Shown: positions 9,233 through 16,705 of the stretch, piece by piece | Position numbering within the stretch: the first letter of the stretch is position 1 | Layout of the letters: each line of letters begins with the position of its first letter | NCBI GenBank assembly: GCA_016933055.1 | Contig: JAFGBS010000002.1 | Coordinates: forward strand, 1-32,000 | Direction of reading: 5' to 3' | DNA: 32,000 nt | DNA from: Promethearchaeota archaeon | GTDB lineage: Archaea > Asgardarchaeota > Lokiarchaeia > Sigyniarchaeales > Promethearchaeaceae | Made by a program: the position numbers and the translations under genes | Notes under the pieces: generated by a model | The model's input: the letters and a program-made list of their open reading frames with translations, nothing else | Databases searched by the model: none | What the model was told of the DNA's origin: nothing

Positions 9233-9954
9233 TTACCAAACTCCCAGAATTAGCCAATTTCGGGTTTTTTGAGCGTAATCCATATATCCTTCTAGCTCTT
9301 TATGGAGAAATTTATCTTCAAGGGAAGTTCTATTATCAACAATATTCAACGAAATAAGCGTCTTTCGTTGAATTTTACCAAGGGTAAAACATAAATCTGT
9401 TGATAATAGAAACTTAGAAGCAAAGGAGAACAATTAAACATAAGTAAAGATGCACTATACATAGGATGTCGAACTACTCGATAGGGTCCGGTGGTTATTA
9501 CTTTGTGTTCCACTTCATTTTGGATTTCAGCAATACGTGCGTGATAACTATTATATTTCATTACGAAAAAGATGTTAAGAAGTGAGAAAATCACACCTAT
9601 TCCTCCTATAAATTCTACCCACCATACAGAAGATGACAATCCGAATCGAAAATCAAAACCAGAAACAATGAAAAGGGGGGTACTGTTATAAAAAATCCAA
9701 CCATTATGATTTTATCCCATTTCTGGGTAGGTGATTTATAACTCAGACGTTTTGCACGCAATTCCAAATCATGTGTCCATAAATACACTGTGACACAAAT
9801 TGCGTATACAAAAAATAGGCCGATCCATATCCAACCTTGTATGCATCGAATAGTCCAAGCGGGAAGAAATTAGGATGCGGATTTGGATAAGAATCCTGAA
9901 AATAAATTTCATTACAATCACAATTTTTGATATGGTAGATTGTTTTTCACTCAT
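9233..9954 (-). pseudogene. Isoprenylcysteine carboxyl methyltransferase (ICMT/Ste14/PEMT-like) family pseudogene with three frameshifts
   Basis: Four consecutive fragments join into one family member: MSEKQ...ILI / FLPAWT..QGWIWIGLFF...HDLELRAKRL..KWDKIIM / LFIVSGFDFRFG...NSYHARIAEIQ...KVITTGPYRVVRHPMYS / RTSLEDKFLHKELEGYMDYAQKTRNWLILGVW. Shifts lie near 9870, at the G6 run 9675-9680, and near 9330-9375. Confidence 0.8.
9328..9411. repeat. Nested inverted repeats: a 14-bp outer stem enclosing an 11-bp and a 6-7-bp hairpin
   Basis: TTCTATTATCAACA (9328-9341) pairs with TGTTGATAATAGAA (9398-9411). ATTCAACGAAA (9344-9354) pairs with TTTCGTTGAAT (9363-9373). TTTTACC (9373-9379) pairs with GGTAAAA (9383-9389). 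Confidence 0.9.
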
Positions 9955-10036
9955 AAGGTATTCTTCCCAACTTGAACCTTTTTATAGATAATGATTGAAC
10001 TAGGTCCATTCATTGATTTAAGTAGACGGGATCAAA

Positions 10037-11800
10037 ATGAAGAGATTCGCAAGTATTGATTTTATGCGCGGGATTGCAATTTTTATGATGATTTGCTTAC
10101 ATACCATAGCCGATACCTTAGATGTAGACGCGTTATTGGGAAAAATAAACGATATACCCTTAATTAATGTAATAGCACTAGTTACACTTCCCTTCTTAGG
10201 GGGTTTAGCGGGACTATTTCTTTTAGTTTCCGCAATTGCGAATATGATTAGCATGCAAAGACAACTCATGCGCGGAAGATCCGCTGGTATGTTAGCTCTT
10301 CGTCAAGTGATAACTGGATTTATTATATATATTTTTGCTATGTTAACTGAAAGCACGATTGGATACTGGGGAGCATTCGGAAGGTTAGCGCGGAACTTAG
10401 ATAAGCCACTTGTATGGGATTGGGATATAATGTTTACACAATGGGGGAATTTTGAGGCAATTCATACTATTGCATTGTGTGTTATTATCAATGGGGCAAT
10501 TCATGGGTTAATTTCCATGAATGAAAGGTGGAAGAAACCTCGAACTCAAATGGCAATCTACGCGGCACTCACCGTGGCAGTCTTAATTGCTACTAAATTT
10601 ATATGGGTGGGGATTAGTAAGATCTATCCAGGATTCCCCTGGGAGAAGTTAGCAGGGGATTTCGTTCAATCAAAACCGCATCTATTCAAAAATACTTTTC
10701 CTGAAATAGTGAAAGGATGGTTTTTTGGATTATGGGCTGCTCCGATGGAACCATTATTCCCTTATCTTGCCGTCTCTTTTATCGGTAGCATAATTGGGAT
10801 TGCTTGTGCTCAACCTGACTTGGCTATATTCAAGGGTTTCATGAAACTCATGCTCCTCCTTGCTGTAAGCATGTTTTTGGTTGGTGTTGTGGGAATAATT
10901 TTGATGATGCTCCGAATCATCCCCACTAGTTTTCCGGATGCGGCAGAAGTGTACCGTTTTATCTCCTTTCACCGTCATTGGGCTCCAGATGAACCCCAAT
11001 TTGGTGAGTATTATACTTGGTGGTCATGGTTATGGCAATTTCTCTCTGTAAATGGGTGGAGTCTTATGGCTACACTCGCGGTGCTATATGTGGTAGAATT
11101 CCGTGGAAAGGGTAAGAAGTTTGCGGATAAAACACGCTTTATTCGTCGATTTGGATTTACAGCCTTTTCGAATTATAACCAACAATACATATATACGTCC
11201 ATTAATTTTTGGGCACCTCAACTGTTCTTTGGGGTTGGAGCACTTGCGAATTGGTTAAACAGTACCATCGGTTGGCCCAGTGGACTGGGACCTTATGGAA
11301 AAACTGAATGGTTTGGGACCTTTTTTCAACTGGCGATAGTGCTTTTAGTATATCATGTAATTATGCGAATTTGGGAACAACACAATTATCGTGGCTCTTT
11401 AGAATGGTTTATGGGAACAATTGGGTATTATATTGTACCTGTGGAAAAACCTGAATCATTGCTAATGAAAAAATGGTATGAAAAAGGGGATCTTGCGGTA
11501 CAAGAAGCTTTTTATAATGCAGAATGGGTAAATATCGTAGAGGAAACAGAAGAATATCATCGGTCTAAGCGAGATTCTCGGATCGCACTTATTTTTGCAA
11601 TTGCTGCTTTTGCAGTGCCGTTATTCATACCTTTCACAGCAGGGTGGTTATTTGTAGCAATTCGAACATTTAAAACGGAAGGAAAGAATAAAAAAAATAC
11701 TGCAGCATTGATTTTATGCATAATTGGAACCGTATTAACGCTGATATTCATTGTAGCAGTATTAATTTTTAGCCCAAGCTCCTTTGGACTTTATTTATAA
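10037..11800 (+). CDS. Polytopic membrane protein, putative transmembrane acyltransferase (HGSNAT/DUF1624-like N-terminus, DUF418-like C-terminal motif)
   Basis: The N-terminal RFASIDFMRGIAIFMMICLH matches the R..S(I/L)D..RG.A...M...H signature. WEQHNYRGSLEW resembles the DUF418 W...F..GPLEW motif. More than 10 hydrophobic segments. Confidence 0.65.
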   Translation: MKRFASIDFMRGIAIFMMICLHTIADTLDVDALLGKINDIPLINVIALVTLPFLGGLAGLFLLVSAIANMISMQRQLMRGRSAGMLALRQVITGFIIYIFAMLTESTIGYWGAFGRLARNLDKPLVWDWDIMFTQWGNFEAIHTIALCVIINGAIHGLISMNERWKKPRTQMAIYAALTVAVLIATKFIWVGISKIYPGFPWEKLAGDFVQSKPHLFKNTFPEIVKGWFFGLWAAPMEPLFPYLAVSFIGSIIGIACAQPDLAIFKGFMKLMLLLAVSMFLVGVVGIILMMLRIIPTSFPDAAEVYRFISFHRHWAPDEPQFGEYYTWWSWLWQFLSVNGWSLMATLAVLYVVEFRGKGKKFADKTRFIRRFGFTAFSNYNQQYIYTSINFWAPQLFFGVGALANWLNSTIGWPSGLGPYGKTEWFGTFFQLAIVLLVYHVIMRIWEQHNYRGSLEWFMGTIGYYIVPVEKPESLLMKKWYEKGDLAVQEAFYNAEWVNIVEETEEYHRSKRDSRIALIFAIAAFAVPLFIPFTAGWLFVAIRTFKTEGKNKKNTAALILCIIGTVLTLIFIVAVLIFSPSSFGLYL

Positions 11801-11802
11801 CC

Positions 11803-11811
11803 TTTTTTTTT
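11803..11811 (+). terminator. T9 run between convergent genes
   Basis: T9 immediately after the stop at 11800, abutting the stop of the opposite-strand gene. Confidence 0.5.
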
Positions 11812-12937
11812 ACAAAAATTTAACCGCTCGATCTAAGATTGAATAGGCTTTTTTTTCTTCTTCACGCAGTAATTTCAGTGTATGAGAGCCTCGTTTTCGC
11901 ATGTTAGAATCCCATTTTGTGATTCCTTCCGTATACCGAACTTTCTCTTTTCCATAGATGGCAATACGGTTATTCTTCCAATCTACCCAAAATGGAAATG
12001 GGAAATCCAACCATCCCAAGTACCAAATCTTTTCGATTTCCCTATATTGGTCTACTAATTGAAGGATTAAATCTTGGGCAATTCCATGATATTCATTAGA
12101 TATTCGTTCAAAAAATTTCACAGCAACGTTTCGTGCATCATAGTAGGCATCGTACATCCACGCATTTGCTTGCATGTTTGTTAAATAGGGATTGTTTTCC
12201 ATAGCATGGTGTAAATTTGTGAAGGTGACTTGCTGAGTCATTTGGTCCTCTGTGTAATTATGACGTTCCTCATTTTGTAACTGGGCGATCCAAGCTTCAT
12301 ATGCGTTTAATCCATTTGCATAATAACCATCTGGATTCTTTTCAATTATAGGAACATTCCAATGTTGGAGACTCCACCGAAGGCTTTCTTTTATAGCTTT
12401 TTTTCGGTCCATGGGTTCTCCTACTTTATGTAGTGTGAAAATACCCCATGGAAATTTTTGGGCAACATTGTACTCCGGAAGATGGGTTTTATCGGAGTTT
12501 TTATCAACACCATCTGAATAAGTTCGACAATATAGTTTAGATCTCTTAAATCCTGTAATGATTCCCCATTCGGGAATCCGTATAAGATCTATTGCTAAAA
12601 CAGGATTCCCTTTTCGTATTTCCTTTTTAATGAGTTTTTTAAATGTATCTTGATTTCGTGTTCGCTCAAGTTCATCTTTACCAGTATTAAAAAAAGGGGT
12701 CAATTCATAGCCGAAAAATTTAGCAAAGTGTAATCGTGGAAACATGTCAGGTGCACTGGGACACCATTGGGGTTGTGCGATATTGATACGGAAAGCAGCA
12801 CCAGAGAATCCCATAAGATCCACATAATCGTATGGTTCTCGATGATATTTCATGATTTCTGCTAATCCACCCATAAAGGAGGTTTCTCCAGTAATCCCCC
12901 AACCCAGAACACCGATATTTGGTAAATTCTTTCCCAT
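11810..12937 (-). CDS. Hypothetical protein, BtrH-N/peptidase C39-like fold
   Basis: ETSFMGGL...YDYVDLMGFSGAAFR...WCPS, and GNPVLAIDL..IPEWGIITGF. ATG 12937 has GGGTGA 6 nt upstream, so it is preferred over the ORF-track start at 12967. Confidence 0.5.
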   Translation of the reverse strand: MGKNLPNIGVLGWGITGETSFMGGLAEIMKYHREPYDYVDLMGFSGAAFRINIAQPQWCPSAPDMFPRLHFAKFFGYELTPFFNTGKDELERTRNQDTFKKLIKKEIRKGNPVLAIDLIRIPEWGIITGFKRSKLYCRTYSDGVDKNSDKTHLPEYNVAQKFPWGIFTLHKVGEPMDRKKAIKESLRWSLQHWNVPIIEKNPDGYYANGLNAYEAWIAQLQNEERHNYTEDQMTQQVTFTNLHHAMENNPYLTNMQANAWMYDAYYDARNVAVKFFERISNEYHGIAQDLILQLVDQYREIEKIWYLGWLDFPFPFWVDWKNNRIAIYGKEKVRYTEGITKWDSNMRKRGSHTLKLLREEEKKAYSILDRAVKFL

Positions 12938-12988
12938 TGATTTCACCCGTATTAAAATCATGAACAAGTAGCAATTTAAATATGTGGT

Positions 12989-13852
12989 ATGAGAAAGAAA
13001 AGATCAAAACTTGGAGATGGGAGAATCGTGGAAGTAAATCTATTTGAAATTAATGATAGGCATAGTCTCCAAAGTAATTGGTGGCATCATATCAAAATCA
13101 AGGATTTTGGATTTCTAGAACGCCTACAGAATATCGCTTCTTATGAAGTAGAACTAGGAGATATTCTCTTCTTGAAGCAAAAGGCACCAGAAGGTTTCTT
13201 CGAAAAATATTGGTTTATTGTCACGGATAAGGGAGTTGAACGGACAGATTTGAGTGAAATAAAAGAGGTACTTTCAGAAAGCTTGGTTGATTTTGTAAAT
13301 CGTAATGGAAAATTACCCTATAGTTGCGTGGTGGCTAAGCTGTTTAAAAATAAAAAAGTGCAGGTGAATTACGAACCCACATACTATGATATAATTGTAA
13401 TGAAATTTTCTCCAGGGGATTTTGATATCGAGGATGTACAGGGATTTTTTGAGGACCTTGATGCAGTCGAGATGAATCCAATAGATAGTGGTCTCGTTAC
13501 GAAGGCACGTACAGTTACCCCCAGTACCTCAAAATCGAAGAAAGTAAAATTATTTCCCCCCAATAAGAGAATAACGATACAGAAAGGAACAATTCAAAAT
13601 ATTGAAGAAATGACGCAAAAATATGAGGGGGAAATCTATTCTGTATACCTTCTCCACCTTGTGGAGGGGATTTATGAGGTGGAAGGAGAAGGCGAAACCA
13701 GTTTTGATGAAGTATATGCTCAGATCAGTGAAAATTTATTCAACAAAATGAATCCTAAAGTGGGGGATTCCGTGTATTGTAAAGGAAGAACAAAGAATCA
13801 TTTCAAATTAGGGGATATTGTACACAATATCCGAACTATAAAATTGTCCTAA
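12989..13852 (+). CDS. Hypothetical soluble protein with possible C-terminal OB-fold
   Basis: 287-aa ORF with globular composition and a S/T/K-rich linker. The C-terminal pattern KGTIQNIEE...VYLLHL...VYAQI...NPKVGDSVYCKG is OB-like. Confidence 0.55.
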   Translation: MRKKRSKLGDGRIVEVNLFEINDRHSLQSNWWHHIKIKDFGFLERLQNIASYEVELGDILFLKQKAPEGFFEKYWFIVTDKGVERTDLSEIKEVLSESLVDFVNRNGKLPYSCVVAKLFKNKKVQVNYEPTYYDIIVMKFSPGDFDIEDVQGFFEDLDAVEMNPIDSGLVTKARTVTPSTSKSKKVKLFPPNKRITIQKGTIQNIEEMTQKYEGEIYSVYLLHLVEGIYEVEGEGETSFDEVYAQISENLFNKMNPKVGDSVYCKGRTKNHFKLGDIVHNIRTIKLS

Positions 13853-13864
13853 TTTTTTTCAATT

Positions 13865-14347
13865 TTAAGTCGATTTGGAAGTATTCTTCAGGATTTGGTG
13901 TGCGATATGCGTGAAATTCTCTATAGTTCCTTCGTACAATGGACCTTCGGCTTCCTTTACCCTACCCGATAACCATTCAGGATATACTTCACTAATTGCA
14001 ATTCCTCGGTCTAGTATTTTATGAAATCGCCTCCCCCAGAAATGCACTCTTGCTTTCTTCATAATATGTGTCAAGAACACTGCACCAAGTGGAATCACAT
14101 AATGTTCTTTACGAAGCTGACGTTTAAGTCTTCTTATCCAGCTTTTTGAAGCAAAACTGGTGGAAAACATTCGGACTGCGGTGCCAACAATTAGAAGATC
14201 AGGTTTATCCCGAGCAACCCGACGCGGAGATGTACTTTTTACGTGTCCAATTTCAACTTCCATTTTTTCACTTAATACCCTCATCATCGCTTCCCCAAGC
14301 GATTTTCCATTCCCAAATTTCGAATCGTGAACAATCCATGCTTTCAT
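13865..14347 (-). CDS. Flavodoxin-like domain protein
   Basis: The N-terminal IVHDSKFGNGKSLGEAM corresponds to the flavodoxin phosphate loop (S..GNT). It is followed by DLLIVGTAV and a GAVFLTH strand. Confidence 0.7.
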   Translation of the reverse strand: MKAWIVHDSKFGNGKSLGEAMMRVLSEKMEVEIGHVKSTSPRRVARDKPDLLIVGTAVRMFSTSFASKSWIRRLKRQLRKEHYVIPLGAVFLTHIMKKARVHFWGRRFHKILDRGIAISEVYPEWLSGRVKEAEGPLYEGTIENFTHIAHQILKNTSKST

Positions 14348-14509
14348 TTTTGGAACACCAGTACTTGCAAAATAGAAGGGGGTAACTTTAAAACTTGAAT
14401 AGACAATTTTTTATCAAATCTAATCAATCATACAGATGTGAAAATGGGATCGATAAAATTTTTTAGATTAAAGGTTTGAATGAACCCTAATTAATGCGGA
14501 GAGTATTGC

Positions 14510-15055
14510 ATGGCAACATTTCCATCACGAAAAATCACTTTGAAAAATAATAAACTACTCACGATTCGAAGCCCCGAATTGAAGGATGCTCAAACTCTCG
14601 TGGAGTATGTAAACCAAGTCTCTACGGAATCAGAAAATTTATCATTTGGTCCAGGGGATAATCCCTTCACCAAGGAAGCTGAAATTCAATATATCAATAG
14701 CCTTACTTCCGATCCCCGAAAAGTCATGGCATTAGGGGTGATCGATGGAGATGTCATCGCAGTTGCTGATATCAGTTGTCCTTCATTGCCCAGATTGCAC
14801 CATCGGGGGGAGCTAGGTATGAGTGTGATGAAATCATTTTGGGGAATAGGAGTAGGAAATGCATTAATGGAATATTTAATTGATTGGGCCAACTTTAGCG
14901 GAGTAAAAAAAGTTAATTTGCAGGTAAAAGAAGGGAATACACCCGCAATCAACTTGTATAAGAAACACGGTTTTAAAGAAGAGGGTCGAATTAGTAGAGG
15001 AATGGTCATAAATAACAAATATATAGACACAATTTGTATGGGACTTCAATTATAA
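14510..15055 (+). CDS. GNAT family N-acetyltransferase (RimJ/RimL-like)
   Basis: HRGELGMSVMKSFWGIGVGNALM, L.VKEGNTPAINLYKKHGF..EG and YID...MGL. Confidence 0.88.
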   Translation: MATFPSRKITLKNNKLLTIRSPELKDAQTLVEYVNQVSTESENLSFGPGDNPFTKEAEIQYINSLTSDPRKVMALGVIDGDVIAVADISCPSLPRLHHRGELGMSVMKSFWGIGVGNALMEYLIDWANFSGVKKVNLQVKEGNTPAINLYKKHGFKEEGRISRGMVINNKYIDTICMGLQL

Positions 15056-15076
15056 AAAGGTTATTGTGGATACTCG

Positions 15077-16216
15077 TTATATTTCCAGTTCGAAAAATTT
15101 TTCTCCATATTGTCTCACTTTTTCCCAGTCAATTTCGATTCCCAATCCCGGTGAATCCGGAAGTTCCAAATATCCGTCTACTGGTATGGGAGGATTTATT
15201 AACAGAGAATGATCATAGGAAGAGGATCGATAGGAATATTCTAATGGAACCGAATAATCTGATAGAGAATAACAATGCATGTTGATTAATAAGCCGATTG
15301 CATTACTTCCAGCATGGGGGGTGTATTTTAATCCCCGATTCAGCACATTTTTCACGCATGTAATGGTATCATACATTCCATATGTAGTAATATCCGATTG
15401 GTAAATATCATAACTACCGAAATGCAGCATCATACGCACTTCATTCCATCCATAATTTAACTCCCCACCCGCTAGGTAAATTCCAAATAAGTTCATATAT
15501 TCTCGCAATTCTCCTAATTCCTCGTATCGATGCATTTCTAAGGGTTCTTCCAGCCAGTAGATATTAGCATCCTTAATTCCCTCAATGAATGCTTTTGCAC
15601 GTTCTAGAGTCCAAATTGGAATATACCCCCCAATAGAGACATGTGCACCTTGGTTAGCATCAATCATCAAAGGATAATCTTGATCCACAAGATCACGAGT
15701 TTGGGTTATGGTCTCAATGTCTTTTTCCACAGTATCAGCATGGACTCGTAATTTGACTCCCTTATATCCTAGTTGTCGGGCTCTTTCGATGATGTTTGAA
15801 TGTTTTTCTGGTTCACACACTTCTGCAGTCGCCCAATAAGTAGGGATTGGTTTCTTTTTACCCCCAATGAGTTTCCAAATAGGCTCTCCTTTACTCTTAC
15901 CTAAAATATCATAGATTGCAGTATCCATCCAGAAATTACGTTGTCCAAAATAACTACCTTCTATTAATCGCTTATGAAATTTCTCGGGATCCTCAGGATC
16001 CAATCCGAGAAGATAAGGTGCAACAAGCGTTCCAAGTCCCGCATGCTCTTTCGCAAAACTCATCCCAACGGAAATACCCGTTAATCCTGTGTCAGTAGTT
16101 AATCGTATTAACGTAAAACCTGTACGGGTCTGAGTGTATCCGGGAATCCATGCTGGTTGGAAAGGTTCATCAATGGGAATGAATATGTGAAAAAATTCAA
16201 TTTTGGAGATCTTCAT
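15077..16216 (-). CDS. Mandelate racemase/muconate lactonizing enzyme family (enolase superfamily, MR-like subgroup)
   Basis: LTTDTGLTG, AIYDILGK..GEPIWKLIGG and KLRV. Metal ligands in MIDANQG, WLEEP and AGGEL, with His in YTPH. ATG 16216 (MKISKIEF) preferred. Confidence 0.88.
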   Translation of the reverse strand: MKISKIEFFHIFIPIDEPFQPAWIPGYTQTRTGFTLIRLTTDTGLTGISVGMSFAKEHAGLGTLVAPYLLGLDPEDPEKFHKRLIEGSYFGQRNFWMDTAIYDILGKSKGEPIWKLIGGKKKPIPTYWATAEVCEPEKHSNIIERARQLGYKGVKLRVHADTVEKDIETITQTRDLVDQDYPLMIDANQGAHVSIGGYIPIWTLERAKAFIEGIKDANIYWLEEPLEMHRYEELGELREYMNLFGIYLAGGELNYGWNEVRMMLHFGSYDIYQSDITTYGMYDTITCVKNVLNRGLKYTPHAGSNAIGLLINMHCYSLSDYSVPLEYSYRSSSYDHSLLINPPIPVDGYLELPDSPGLGIEIDWEKVRQYGEKFFELEI

Positions 16217-16344
16217 ATCTTCTATAACTCTGTCGGTGTTTGACCTTTTAAACACATCTTATGCAAGTTTAATAGGAAGAAACTGCTCAAATCTCGAAAA
16301 AATAAGAATTCATTATCAATGGAGTATTGTTCTGTTTATTATTA

Positions 16345-16358
16345 CTAGCTATAGCTAA
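16345..16358. promoter_or_regulatory. Candidate DtxR/MntR-type metal-regulator box upstream of feoAB
   Basis: CTAGC-TATA-GCTAA, with a perfect 12-bp palindrome TAGCTATAGCTA at 16346-16357, about 105 nt upstream of the feoA ATG. Confidence 0.35.
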
Positions 16359-16462
16359 TATTTTTATGAAGGAATGGATTAAGAAAAGTGATTTAACAAG
16401 AATTGTAGTTATGTCTATCCTTTTGAATGAAAAATTCACGAACATATAGAGAGAAGGAGTCA

Positions 16463-16702
16463 ATGCAAAATATCCCACTAACCTCTTTGGCGAAAAATCA
16501 CACCGCTTTTATTGTAAACATCAACGCGGGAATGGGTGCCACACGTAGGTTAACAAGTCTTGGATTGACACCCGGTACGAAAATCACAAAATTGAGTTCG
16601 GCTCCATTTCAAGGACCTATACAACTTCAGGTTAGAAATACGCGTCTAGTGATTGGATGGGGTTTGGCTGCGAAAATTCTGGTATCTGAGATCAATAATT
16701 AG
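16463..16702 (+). CDS. feoA: Ferrous iron transport protein A
   Basis: RRLTSLGLTPGT.I......PFQGPIQLQVRNTRLVIG.GLA.KI.V. AGGAG RBS just upstream of ATG 16463. Directly upstream of feoB. Confidence 0.92.
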   Translation: MQNIPLTSLAKNHTAFIVNINAGMGATRRLTSLGLTPGTKITKLSSAPFQGPIQLQVRNTRLVIGWGLAAKILVSEINN

Positions 16703-16705
16703 AAG

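Noticed and set aside
9346-9348. In-frame TGA in the ICMT fragment as selenocysteine readthrough
   Set aside because: The conserved C-terminus continues in a different frame, and the codon lies within the palindromic insertion. Other TGA stops in the window fall at natural protein ends.
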